Below are positions 1 to 10,287 of a stretch of 64,000 nt of DNA, one piece after another. The translations under genes and the position numbers were made by a program. Under the pieces are notes generated by a model, which was given only the letters and a program-made list of their open reading frames with translations, did not search any database and was not told the origin of the DNA. The first letter of the stretch is position 1, and each line of letters starts with the position of its first letter. The stretch is from IMG/VR virus record IMGVR_UViG_3300047157_000186, one strand, 5' to 3'. The stretch comes from a virus. Lineage: Duplodnaviria > Caudoviricetes.

Positions 1-542
1 AAAAAGAAAGTGTTAAATCTACAAGCAAAGATAATTTAAATGCTGACTATAATTTTATGGAAATTGTAGAACAATATTTTAGGTGAAGATGGTGTAAAGA
101 ATTTAGCAGTTAAAACTATTTTACCAGGACTTAATACTAATATTGCAGCAATGGCGCAAACAATGCACTTACAATTCCATATTAGATTTGATGAGAAGTT
201 TAATTGTATTATTAATCACTTAGGTGAAGATATTAATCCAATGACACTTTCAACTGGTGAGCGTAAGAAAGCAGATTTTATTATCATCATCGCAATTATT
301 AAAATATTAAAATTAAGATTTCCACAATTAAACCTTATTGTTCTTAGATGAGTTATTATCTTCAGTAGACCATGATGGTGTTTATAACATATTGAAGATA
401 TTAAATCAAGTAATTAAAGAAAACAAAATAAATACATTTGTTATCAATCACTCTGTGCTTACCACATGAAATATTTGACAAGAAGATACAGATATATAGA
501 GAGAACGGGTTCTCTAAGTTCACCATAGATACTATAGAGTAA
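1..542 (+). CDS. gp46: C-terminal part of SbcC/Rad50-like recombination ATPase (T4 gp46-like); partial, one indel near 345
   Basis: ABC signature LSTGERKKADF, then in the shifted frame Walker B/D-loop FLDELLSSVD and H-loop VINHS; stop TAA 540-542. Confidence 0.85.
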
Positions 543-568
543 GATATATAAATAAAATAAAGAAATAG

Positions 569-1669
569 ATGGCAACATATAATCTTAAGTATAACAAAGA
601 CGATTCAGTTATTAGACACATCATAATTGGTCTATTAGCTGATCTTAATAGCAAGCTTAGTTTTTGGAGACAAATCTCTAATGAAGAGAGAGCTATAATT
701 GATGTGCCATTTTTTTACGCAGTATCAGGTGATGAAAACTTCGTTAAAGATAATTTCTTATTTTCAAATGTAAACGGAGAAGGCTGTGATCCAGATGGTC
801 AATATGCAAATGGTAATTATGACAAAGTGCCAAGAGGTATAGTAAATCTAACTTCATTTTCTGTTGATCCTGGTAAATTAGTAAATAAAAGAAATTTAGG
901 TAATTATACCATGATGAATAATCAAGGTTTAATGGAAGGTTATGTAGCTGAATTTGAAATTATTCCATGTGTAATTGGCGTAGATATTGAAATATTAGTT
1001 TCTAGTCAATTGGATATGTTTAAGGTCACAGAATCTATTATTAAAAACATGTATAAGGCAAACTTTTTCCATGTAGATGCAGGTCACCTTGAAGATGGTA
1101 TGTATAGAATTTCTTCAGAATACATGATGCCAGACGATTACACACAAGAACGTCCAATTGAATATGGATTTGATGATAAAGAAAATCATAAAATTACATT
1201 TAGTTTAGAAATCAACACATTTATACCTTCATTTGATTTTGAAGATGATATCTACACTAAATTTACAAGATCTGTTTATCCTTTAGGTGTTACTGGTAAT
1301 TACGGTGATCCAAATGGCGTAGCATTAGATCCTGCAATATTATATAGTGATTATGAGGGTGATATGCCACAACCTGTACAATACACAGACACTTCAGGTT
1401 CAATATGGATGTGGGATTCAGAAACACAATCATGGATACAAAAAGAATCTCCAAAAGGAGATGATTTCATAGTGGATGACTCAGATATGGGTAAATTAAT
1501 AACTAAGAATTCACATTTAGTAAGAACTTCTAAAAGAAGAAAGAACTCAAATAGAATGTTTAAAATTGGTAATTCTCAAGAGTTTTCAAATGATGTTATG
1601 GAAAAAGATAAACCTCTTTTTGGTGATGATTTTGACGTCTCGTCGACAGATCTACCATTCAAAGAATAA
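569..1669 (+). CDS. gp15: Tail terminator / sheath stabiliser (T4 gp15-like)
   Basis: IDVPFFYAVSGDENF and KVPRGIVNLTSFSVDP parallel the gp15 motifs VPITYA / LPRINLHL; late promoter GATATATA at 543. Confidence 0.65.
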   Translation: MATYNLKYNKDDSVIRHIIIGLLADLNSKLSFWRQISNEERAIIDVPFFYAVSGDENFVKDNFLFSNVNGEGCDPDGQYANGNYDKVPRGIVNLTSFSVDPGKLVNKRNLGNYTMMNNQGLMEGYVAEFEIIPCVIGVDIEILVSSQLDMFKVTESIIKNMYKANFFHVDAGHLEDGMYRISSEYMMPDDYTQERPIEYGFDDKENHKITFSLEINTFIPSFDFEDDIYTKFTRSVYPLGVTGNYGDPNGVALDPAILYSDYEGDMPQPVQYTDTSGSIWMWDSETQSWIQKESPKGDDFIVDDSDMGKLITKNSHLVRTSKRRKNSNRMFKIGNSQEFSNDVMEKDKPLFGDDFDVSSTDLPFKE

Positions 1670-1703
1670 ATTAAAGATATATATTAAAAATTAAATAATA
1701 CAA

Positions 1704-2891
1704 ATGACAAATTTAAACAACGGAATTATTTCCCCATTTGTTGAAGCAAAACAAGGTTTTGTGTTTCATGCAGCTGGTCAAAATTTCAAAATGACAGGAA
1801 GTCATATAGAAAAATTTAGTAATGTTTCTGAGGATTTTAAATCATTAGTTAAAGCAAATGAACTTTTTTCAATAACAAACGAAGGCGTTTCTTTTTACTA
1901 TGATTATAATAATAAGAAATCTATTTCTAAAATTGAAGAATCTTCAGTAGAGAACTTTAACTCACTTGTAGCATTGAATGAAAAAATTGATTTTTTAAAT
2001 AGTAGTCTTAAAAATTCAAATAAAGCTAGTAATAATTCAGTTATAGTAGATGAGCTTAAAAATGAATTAGCAGTTTTAGAATCATCTAGAACCGATTTAC
2101 TTAAGAATTCAATTACTATTGAAGTATCATATAAGGTAGAAGAAAACAAATTTTACACTGGTAATATAGAATTAGCAGTTTCTACTTCACTTCCTTTATC
2201 AGAATCTATGTTTGCATCTGCATATATTAGATATGAAGATAAAGCATTGATTGATTTATTCGAATTTGCTTCTAAGAACTATAAACATTATGGACTTTTA
2301 GAATTTATTTCTGAATCAAAAGACGGAGACGTTAATGTATTGGCAATGAGAGCAGAAAATAATATGTTCATATACAAATATAACGAATCTACCAAAATAG
2401 ATAAATTTACTAAATTACTTGCAGACGCAGCCATCGAATATGTTGCTGAACAAACAGGTGCAGATATCACGCCAATGGTTGAAGATATTTTAGAATCTTA
2501 TAAATCTAGAAGAGCAGCTAAAAACGAGAAGATGTTATTAATGCATGAAATGATTGCATTTTTAAAAGATCAAAAAGGTAGATTAGCTGAAGCTAATAGA
2601 AATTTACCAGACATCAAGGCAGCTGATCAATTACTAAACTCTGAAATCAAAAGAATTTCTGAAGAACTAGATAATATAGGAAATGAAGATATTCTTACTA
2701 AAGATGATGGTTATATTGACGCCTCAACTAAATATGAATCAGACGAAATACCTAAGGGTACCGTTGTAAAAGTAGATGCATTAGAATGGGCTGGACAAGG
2801 AAAAACAGACATACTAACAGTATTCGTAAACGACGATCCATTAAGAATAGAGAAAAACAAGCTTCAGTTATCTGCTGAAGATTCTATTTAA
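1704..2891 (+). CDS. Hypothetical late (probably virion) protein with coiled-coil segments
   Basis: 395 aa ORF, late promoter at 1676, lies in the structural module. Confidence 0.6.
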   Translation: MTNLNNGIISPFVEAKQGFVFHAAGQNFKMTGSHIEKFSNVSEDFKSLVKANELFSITNEGVSFYYDYNNKKSISKIEESSVENFNSLVALNEKIDFLNSSLKNSNKASNNSVIVDELKNELAVLESSRTDLLKNSITIEVSYKVEENKFYTGNIELAVSTSLPLSESMFASAYIRYEDKALIDLFEFASKNYKHYGLLEFISESKDGDVNVLAMRAENNMFIYKYNESTKIDKFTKLLADAAIEYVAEQTGADITPMVEDILESYKSRRAAKNEKMLLMHEMIAFLKDQKGRLAEANRNLPDIKAADQLLNSEIKRISEELDNIGNEDILTKDDGYIDASTKYESDEIPKGTVVKVDALEWAGQGKTDILTVFVNDDPLRIEKNKLQLSAEDSI

Positions 2892-2912
2892 AATATTACA
2901 CTATTTTATTTT

Positions 2913-2944
2913 AAAGCCCATTTGGAAACAATTGGGCTTTTTTT
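2913..2944 (+). terminator. Rho-independent terminator overlapping a middle promoter
   Basis: AAAGCCCA/TGGGCTTT stem followed by a T run. Confidence 0.7.
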
Positions 2945-2951
2945 CGTATAA
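2925..2951 (+). promoter_or_regulatory. Middle-class promoter (G/T)AAAC-N17/18-TATAA; representative copy upstream of the late sigma gene
   Basis: Same motif and spacing at 12644, 15146, 29353, 30163, 31227, 34197, 48881, 49997, 55676 and 61738, each just upstream of a gene. Confidence 0.8.
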
Positions 2952-2972
2952 GTTTAAATACATCTAACAACA

Positions 2973-3351
2973 ATGGCAAGAAAGAAAAATTATTTAAATA
3001 ACAAAGATCTTTATAACGAACTTGTAAAGTCAAAAGAATTAGACAAATTAACACCAACTGCAGAAAAAATGTTAGTGTTATTAGCAGAAAGAACTATTAA
3101 CAAATTAAACTATGTTAATTCAGATGATCGAAACGATTGTTTACAGTTTGCTCTATTAGATCTTTTAAAATATTGGAGAAATTTTAATCCAAAATATACC
3201 AAACGCATTTGCGTATTTTACAGAAATAGCAAAAAGAGGATATGCAAAAGGTTGGAATAAAATTCATCCACAGAAATATAAAGGCACGTTATCGATGGAT
3301 AAGAATTCTACAGGAGGTGATAGTGAAAACGGCGGAATGTTTAACATATAA
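2973..3351 (+). CDS. gp55: Late-transcription sigma factor (T4 gp55-like); one indel near 3200
   Basis: YLNNKDLY, DDRNDCLQFALLDLLKYWRNFNP, then in the shifted frame NAFAYFTEIAKRG. Confidence 0.8.
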
Positions 3352-3839
3352 ATGTCAATAAAAAATCTTAAACCTACTAATAATTCAGGCTTTGTACAAG
3401 GATATTTTAATCCAAAAAATCCAGAAAAGTATATTGGCCCAACCCTATTATTTATAGATCATCATGGGAAAGAAAGTTTATGATTATGTGTGATACAAGA
3501 GATAGACGTTATTAAAGTGGTCAAGTGAGCCTGTAGAGATTAAGTATATTTGGTCTTTTGATAAAAGAGAACATAAGTATTATCCAGACTTCTATATGAA
3601 AACTAAGAAGTATTGATGAGGGTGTTGAAACGTATAAAGAGTTTTTGGTTGAAATAAAACCAGAAGCTCAGATTAAAAAACCACCGCCTCCTAAAAAAAT
3701 AGCAAAAAGGCATTAAATTCATATAAGTTTTTAGCAGAACAGTATGTTAAGAACAGAGATAAATATAAGTATGCACAAGCATGGTGTGAAAGTCGTAGGT
3801 TGGAGATTTATTGTGTTAACAGAAAAATCACTTAAATAA
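3352..3839 (+). CDS. gp4: Head completion nuclease (T4 gp4 / TnsA-like), fragmented by indels
   Basis: QGYFNPKNPEKYIG, IIYRSSW, KWSSEPVEIKY, HKYYPDFY and LVEIKP recoverable across frames. Confidence 0.8.
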
Positions 3840-4468
3840 TGGGAAAATAAAAAAGGACATTAAGGAATTAAGTAAAGAAGCTGGCGGTAAAAACTAAAGC
3901 ACGATCTGAGGTGCTGAAGAATGGTTTGAAAGACATCTAAGAAATCTATTAGAGACAATTCAGTTGCCAAATATAGCAAGAAGATTTAAACCAGGACAAG
4001 TCTATGTATTTAGATATGATAATCCTAAAAATATTAAAACTCACCGTGGTGGGATAGAAATCCAGTAGTATTAGCATTGGACCCATGCAGGTAATAAGAC
4101 TGTTGGTATTAATTTAAACTTATTACCAGTACATATTAAAGAAGAACTATTAGATGTAGTTTACGACAGATTCCAAGGTTAGATTAATCAAAGTCAAGAA
4201 GGGCATCAAAAGACAATGCTAATGACACAAGGCAAATAAACCTATCATTAACTTAAGATGGTGCAAAAGGCTTTTTAAAACAATTTGGTTTTGATTTTGC
4301 GATTAGACAATATATTCCACTAGTCGTAAAACCAGAACAAGCAGGTAGTTTCTTATGAACAGTTGGGCAAAAATAGCACTATGTGACTTTCTATGACTTA
4401 GATGGCATTGGAATTAACGAAGTTGGTGCGTATTAGGGCACACCTTCAGAAACCACTTAAATAAATGA
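3839..4468 (+). CDS. gp2: DNA end protector (T4 gp2-like), fragmented by indels
   Basis: FKPGQVYVFRYD, WWDRNPVVLAL, GINLNLLP and FAIRQY recoverable across frames; TAATG overlap with gp4. Confidence 0.7.
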
Positions 4469-4497
4469 GATATATAAAACAGAAATAATACTATATT

Positions 4498-6100
4498 ATG
4501 GCAGGATTTACGATAAAAGAAACGGACCACTTAGTTCTAATCACAAGACCATTTAGCCTTTCAAATGCTTTGAAAACGCTAAGTTCTTTTGGTATGCGTT
4601 ATGATGATATGGTACTTAGACAATCTCAAGCAATTGGTCCAATGGAAGACCAGTTCGGTTATAGAGAGATGAACCCGTTTGGTGTTGACAATGATGATAT
4701 TTATGGTGCATTTGCTGCACTATCTATGGCAGATATTAATATGAAGAAGAACGTACCGTTCTTTGATATTGATTATGAAGGTAAAAGAGATGAACTTAGA
4801 AGGTTCTCATTAAACGATGAAGTTGAAGATATTCTAGATATTCTTTGTGATGAAGCAATTGTATATGATGAAAAAAACTTCTTTGTTACAACCAGAATTA
4901 TAGGACTTGATGTATCAGATGATGTTAATAAAGACCTTAACAAATACTTTAGACAAATCTATCACTATTTTGGTTTTAATGGTGAACAATCAGCATGGTA
5001 CTTCTTTAGAAAAGTTCTTAGTTGATGGTTACTTATCATTTGAAATAATTTATTCCCCAGACCAAAAAGAAATTATAGGTTTTAAAGAATAGATCCAATT
5101 ACTCTTAATGCCAGGTTACAATAAAGATGATGGTAAGAAAGTATGGGTACAATATAAAGACGATCCAGTAAAAGAAAGAGTATTATATGATTCTCAAGTC
5201 ATTTACATTTCTTATTCTTCTACTTTCAACTGCATCAAGAGTTCAGTTATGTTGAGAGATTAATTAGATCATTTAACTTACTTAAGAATTATGGAACACA
5301 CCAGAGTAATCTGGGCAGTGACCAATGCTTCATTTAGAATGAAGTTTATTATTCCTGTAGGTGGTAAATCTAAAACTAGAGCAAAACAATCTTTGGCACA
5401 GTTAATGAATAACTATAAAGAAGTCTGTAGATTTGATTGGGAATCAGGTACATTAGAAACAGACGGTAAACCAATGTTACAATTTAGTAAAGAATATTGG
5501 TTACCTTCTAAAGATGGTGAAACACCAGAAATTGAAACTCTTAAATAGTGAAGGACCAGATCTTTCAGATACAGAAGCACTTAAATACTTCTCAGATAAA
5601 TTAAAACATGTTTCTAAAATTCCTTACAATAGATTCTTATATGAAGATGGATGGTGGAGATTTGCAACTTAGCTGCTGATGGTATGGTTAGAGATGAGAT
5701 TAAGTTTGGTAAGTTTATCAAACGATTAAGATCTAGTATTCCAAGAAATTTTAGTAAAACCCTTTATTTATTCAAATGTGTCTTAAATACCCTGAGTTTA
5801 CTGACGATCCTCAGTTTAAAACTCAAGTAGCTTTAAGGTTTAATGAAGAGAATGTGTTTGCTGAATTAAAAGACAAGAAATAATGCAAAAAGATTAGACT
5901 TTATTGGTACTATGAGAGATTCGTTAATGACAACTAATCAAGAGACTATGGAAGAAGAATACTATTTCGATCAAGAATACTTAGTTAAAAAATATCTTAA
6001 ACTGAGTGATGATGAAATTAGAGCAAATGAAGCCTTTAAATCTAAACTGGCAAAGAAGTCGGCTGAAGAACCAGAGGCTGAAGATCCATTCGCAATGTAA
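4498..6100 (+). CDS. gp20: Portal protein (T4 gp20-like), fragmented by multiple indels
   Basis: EVEDILDILCDEAIVYD, WYFFRKFLVDGYLSFEIIY, LRIMEHTRVIWAVTNASFRMKFIIPVG, EYWLPSKDGETPEIETL. Confidence 0.9.
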
Positions 6101-6128
6101 AACAATGATTAAAAAAGATATATAAAAC

Positions 6129-6467
6129 ATGAAAATTATCAAAACATTTAATGACTTCATATCTGAAGATGCTCTTAGAGCTGGGGAAGATTCTAAAGTC
6201 ATAATCGACGATCTAAAGTTAGATTCTGGTCCTGAAATTAAATCTGCTGAAATTCTAGGAGCTATTACAGCAGCTTTAACTGATGAAGAATTTAAGCAGT
6301 ATTTTTATGAAACATATAGCGAAGCTGCCTTTGCAGAAGGTGAAATGGATATTCTAGTAGGCTATTATTTAGATAAATCGGCAGAAGAAGCTGAAGCTGA
6401 AAAGGAAGCTGAAAAGGAAGAAGAAGGTGGTGAAGAAGACAGCGATGACCCGCTTGCTGGAATGTAA
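6129..6467 (+). CDS. Small acidic prohead core / internal head protein
   Basis: Lies between portal and protease; N-terminus MKIIKTFNDFISE resembles the T4 capsid-targeting sequence; late promoter at 6117. Confidence 0.6.
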   Translation: MKIIKTFNDFISEDALRAGEDSKVIIDDLKLDSGPEIKSAEILGAITAALTDEEFKQYFYETYSEAAFAEGEMDILVGYYLDKSAEEAEAEKEAEKEEEGGEEDSDDPLAGM

Positions 6468-6523
6468 TAAGATATTTCAATAATAAAGTATGATATATAT
6501 TAAAAATACAAAAATAAAATATT

Positions 6524-8671
6524 ATGAATAATAATAACGATTTATTGATCGTCGAGATGTCGTCATCTGCATTGAGTGTTACTCCATCGGATAATAAAGA
6601 CTACATTCTGGAAGGTGTTTTTGGTCAAATTGATCAAAAAAATAAAAATAACCGTATTTACACAGAATCCGAATATGTTCCTCAAATAGAAGCATTACAA
6701 CAAAAAATCGGAGCTAGTAAATTACTGGGTGAATTAGATCACCCTGCACAATTTGATATTTCTTTAAAGAATGTATCTCACATTATTGAAGAATTAACTT
6801 ATGACAAAGATTCTAAAGAAGTCAGAGGACGTATTAAATTATTAGATACAGATGCTGGTCGTCAAGCTAAAGCCTTAGTAGACGCTGGTGTACCTTTACA
6901 GATTTCATCTAGAGCTGCAGGTGCAGTTGAATCTAATGGACAAGTAAAAATTAAGCAATTGTTTACATACGATTTAGTAGCTGACCCTGGTTTTGAAAAC
7001 GCAGAGTTAAAGAGAGTTAATGAATCTTATGGTTTTTCAAACGACACAGGACTTTATATATATGAAGTTGGTGAAGCTAATTTAACTGAAAATATTGAAA
7101 ATAAAACTACAAACACACAAATAAAAGAAAATAAAAACATGGCAGAATTTGTAAAATCTGAGGATTTCAATAAGTACTCTGAGTATTTAGCGAATGAGAT
7201 CAAGACACTAAAAGAGTCTATTGAAGCTAAAGACGAAGCAGCTTCAGGCGAAAACACAGTAGAAAATCTAACACAACACAATAACCACATTGTAGAATCA
7301 GTTAATGATTTAACAGAATATGTAGGGTATATTGCTGAACAATTAGATGGTTCTATTCAGTATACGGAACATGTAGCTGAAAAAACAGATCAATCTATTT
7401 CTTATTCAGAAAGTATTGCTGAAAAACTAGATCAAGGTATTTCTTATACTGAGCATTTAGCAGAATCAGTATCTAAAGTTAAAGATTTCGCTAATTATTT
7501 AGCAGAAGCACATAACGAAGGTGCTGAATCAAACAACACTTTATTAGAATACGTTGAATACTTAAAAGAAAACTTACAATCTGTCTCTGAATACGCAGAA
7601 TACATTGCTGAATCTTTAAACGAAACTGTTGAAGAAGTTGAAGTTAATGTTGAAGCAGAAGAAGATAAAGAAGAAGATGTAGAAGCAGCTGATAACGTTG
7701 AAGGTGAAGAAGTTGCAAAAGAAGCAGGCGAAGATAACGAAGAAGTTACTGAAGAGACTGAAGAAGTTGAAGAGACTGAAGAAGTTGAAGAAGTTGAAGA
7801 GACTGAAGAAGTTACTGAAGAAGAAGATCCTGCAAAAGATAAAGACGAAGCTGAAGACACAGACGAAATAGAAAACATCGGTGATAATTCAGAAGAAGGT
7901 GCAGTTGCTGCAGATAGCGATGAAGCTGGAAAAGAAGTTGAAGAAATTGAAGACGAAGAAGTTGAAGCTGGAGATAATTCAGAAGAAGGCGACGTTGGAG
8001 GTGAAGAAGTTGCTAAAGAAGGTGACGAAGACGCTGACGATGCTGTAACATCAGATTCTGAAATCGAAGATGAAACTGAAGAAGCTGATGCTGGTGAAGG
8101 TGAAGAAGAAGCTGAAGGTGAAGATGGAGCACACGATCCATTAGAAGCTTATAAAGCAGATATCTCTTCTAAATTAGACGCACTAGTAGAAAATGCAACT
8201 AAAAAAGAAAATGAAAATCCTTCATTCTTTAAAGTAGTATCATCTGCAACTAGAAATAAATATAACGAATTATCAGAATCTGCTAAAACAGATGTTAGAG
8301 GAATCGTTTCTAAAAGAGGATTTATGACAGAATCAGAAATTATGTCAGTAATGAATGAAGCACAACTTATTGTTGAAAGTGCAGGAGCACAACCTACATT
8401 CATTGCACTTATGCCTTCTGAATATAAAGAAGCATGGGCTAATCTATCTGAATCTAAACAAAATAATATCATCGCACAATCTAAATACCACACATTGAAC
8501 ACAGAATATCAAGTTGCTAATTTCTGGCAAACTAGAGACTTAAGAGACACTAAAGTGGAATTAGAAAAAGTTGCAATGGTAACTGAAGCTAAGAAAGAAG
8601 AAACTAAACCAACATTAGGATATGATGTATCAGGTATGGCAGATGCTTTCAAACAAAGGTTCAATAAGTAA
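6524..8671 (+). CDS. gp21: Prohead protease (gp21-like) fused to a scaffold/core domain (gp22-like)
   Basis: LEGVFGQIDQKNKNNRIY, LLGELDHP, ISSRAAG, YDLVADPGF; followed by 14-aa helical repeats and a long acidic tract. Confidence 0.9.
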   Translation: MNNNNDLLIVEMSSSALSVTPSDNKDYILEGVFGQIDQKNKNNRIYTESEYVPQIEALQQKIGASKLLGELDHPAQFDISLKNVSHIIEELTYDKDSKEVRGRIKLLDTDAGRQAKALVDAGVPLQISSRAAGAVESNGQVKIKQLFTYDLVADPGFENAELKRVNESYGFSNDTGLYIYEVGEANLTENIENKTTNTQIKENKNMAEFVKSEDFNKYSEYLANEIKTLKESIEAKDEAASGENTVENLTQHNNHIVESVNDLTEYVGYIAEQLDGSIQYTEHVAEKTDQSISYSESIAEKLDQGISYTEHLAESVSKVKDFANYLAEAHNEGAESNNTLLEYVEYLKENLQSVSEYAEYIAESLNETVEEVEVNVEAEEDKEEDVEAADNVEGEEVAKEAGEDNEEVTEETEEVEETEEVEEVEETEEVTEEEDPAKDKDEAEDTDEIENIGDNSEEGAVAADSDEAGKEVEEIEDEEVEAGDNSEEGDVGGEEVAKEGDEDADDAVTSDSEIEDETEEADAGEGEEEAEGEDGAHDPLEAYKADISSKLDALVENATKKENENPSFFKVVSSATRNKYNELSESAKTDVRGIVSKRGFMTESEIMSVMNEAQLIVESAGAQPTFIALMPSEYKEAWANLSESKQNNIIAQSKYHTLNTEYQVANFWQTRDLRDTKVELEKVAMVTEAKKEETKPTLGYDVSGMADAFKQRFNK
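7740..7826 (+). repeat. Tandem GAAGAAGTT/GAAGAGACT repeats encoding EEV/EET in the scaffold linker
   Basis: EEVTEETEEVEETEEVEEVEETEEVTEEE. Confidence 0.85.
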
Positions 8672-8681
8672 AAAATTAACA

Positions 8682-8689
8682 GATATATA
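8682..8689 (+). promoter_or_regulatory. Late promoter GATATATA; representative copy upstream of the major capsid gene
   Basis: Exact copies at 543, 1676, 4469, 6117, 6492, 10243, 16232, 18214, 20761, 23402, 25554, 34414, 35343, 36002, 36867, 43258 and 44460; GATAAATA variants at 24043, 31737 and 12633-12640 (minus strand); analogous to T4 TATAAATA. Confidence 0.85.
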
Positions 8690-8695
8690 AATTAA

Positions 8696-8739
8696 TCGAC
8701 GATAAGGGTGACAGAAGCAGAAAACCCATTGAATGTCGA
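8696..8739 (+). other. Stem-loop in the 5' leader of the major capsid mRNA
   Basis: TCGAC/GTCGA outer stem and GGGT/ACCC inner stem. Confidence 0.45.
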
Positions 8740-8783
8740 GTTTTTAACTAAACAACAATAAACAAAAAAAACGATCATTAAAA

Positions 8784-10160
8784 ATGGCAAATTTATTAAA
8801 CGAAGCTGAGATCAAGAATACATGGGCACCGATTATCTCGGAAGCTACAGGTATCAACGAATCTAGCAAATTAGCGTGGATGTCGACTTACTGTCACAAC
8901 CACAAACTTTATGAAGACGCGAACATCATGTCTTTATCTAACAACCCTGGCCCAATGAACTTAACAGGTATGGGTGCAGTATCTTTTCCTGCTGGCGCTC
9001 CTGCAAACGGTGCAGCTGATGCAGCTAAAGGTTCTGGTGACAAAGCTCCAACATTATTGCCTTTGGCAATGCAAGTTGCTGCTCAAACTATCGGTTTAGA
9101 CTTAGTACCAGTAGTACCAATGGCTGGACCAATGGGATTATTGTCTTACTTAGACTTTACTTATGAAGGTGGTACTGTTGCATTAGGTGCAACTGCTCCA
9201 ACTTACATCAAAACAGCTTTAGCTAAAGCTGGTCTTGACGAAAATGTAGGTACATCAAGAATTGATGGAAAAAACATCATCAAGATTGTTGATGCAGTTG
9301 CTGCTGGTGAAACAATCGCTGACAGATATGCTGACGCTTCATTAGTTGCTGCATTAGAAGACCACATTGCTGGATTCTCTGGTGCTGACGCTAACGGTAA
9401 GCCAATGTCAAGAGAAGTTGGTGAAAGAACTGCTGATAAAGTAATGGGTCTTTCTTTATTCTCTAAAAGTGTTGCTGCTGAAACTTTCCAAGTTGCTGCT
9501 GCAGTTACAAGAGAACAAGTACAAGATTTAAAACAATTCGGTGTAGATGCTGTTGCTCAAGTTGAGTCAGTATTAACTAACGAATTAACTCAATCTATCA
9601 ACAACCACATCTTAACTAAGATGAGAGCTATCGCTGAAGAAGGAATTACTGAAGTTGCTTTAGATTACACTTTAGGTGGAAACACTTACGGTGATGTTAA
9701 CAGAAGAATCCTTACTCACGTATTGGCTGCTGCTAACTTAATCGCTAACAGAGGTAGAAGAGGTGCTGGTAACTTCGCTGTAGTTGATGCTAAATTAGCT
9801 TCAGCTTTACAAGGTGTTGCTGGTTTCGTACCAAACCCAATGGCTAACACATTCAATCAAGTTGCAGGTGCAATCTACCCAGTAGGTTCAGTTGCTGGTA
9901 TCAATGTTTACACTGATCCAAACTTAGCATTCGAAGGTGATGTTAATGGAAAGCACGAAATTCTAGTAGGTAGAAAAGGTGACGGTAACGGTGCTGGATT
10001 AGTATTCATGCCTTACTTAATGGCTGAATCAGTTCAAATGATCGCTGAAGGAACTATGGCTCCTAAAGTAGCGGTTAAATCTAGATACGCTCTAGTTGAA
10101 GCTGGTTTCCACCCAGAAACTGCATACCAAAAATTCAAAGTAGCTGGATTAAAACTATAA
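8784..10160 (+). CDS. gp23: Major capsid protein (T4 gp23-like)
   Basis: IGLDLVPVVPMAGPMGLLSYL, SKSVAAETFQVAAAVTREQVQDLK, RGRRGAGNF, FMPYLMA, KSRYAL; strong codon bias. Confidence 0.95.
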   Translation: MANLLNEAEIKNTWAPIISEATGINESSKLAWMSTYCHNHKLYEDANIMSLSNNPGPMNLTGMGAVSFPAGAPANGAADAAKGSGDKAPTLLPLAMQVAAQTIGLDLVPVVPMAGPMGLLSYLDFTYEGGTVALGATAPTYIKTALAKAGLDENVGTSRIDGKNIIKIVDAVAAGETIADRYADASLVAALEDHIAGFSGADANGKPMSREVGERTADKVMGLSLFSKSVAAETFQVAAAVTREQVQDLKQFGVDAVAQVESVLTNELTQSINNHILTKMRAIAEEGITEVALDYTLGGNTYGDVNRRILTHVLAAANLIANRGRRGAGNFAVVDAKLASALQGVAGFVPNPMANTFNQVAGAIYPVGSVAGINVYTDPNLAFEGDVNGKHEILVGRKGDGNGAGLVFMPYLMAESVQMIAEGTMAPKVAVKSRYALVEAGFHPETAYQKFKVAGLKL

Positions 10161-10189
10161 TCTAAACACTTAGAACAATTGATATAAAA

Positions 10190-10213
10190 GGCTGCCTTCG
10201 GGCGGCCTTTTTT
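10190..10213 (+). terminator. Rho-independent terminator after the capsid gene
   Basis: GGCTGCC-TTCG-GGCGGCC followed by T6. Confidence 0.9.
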
Positions 10214-10287
10214 ATTTCTAGAAATATTTAAAATATTAAGAGGATATATAATATATTAACAAGGTAATTTAAAACAAAATAATAATT

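Noticed and set aside
290-5900. gp46, gp55, gp4, gp2 and portal appear broken, as if pseudogenes
   Set aside because: Conserved motifs resume after single-base indels and the genes are essential. Errors cluster regionally, which is typical of low-coverage long-read consensus. Raw-read polishing would settle it.
7495-7878. Ser/Thr-rich minus-strand ORF and similar short antisense ORFs across the window
   Set aside because: Mirror images of Glu-rich GAA repeats or of real + strand genes.
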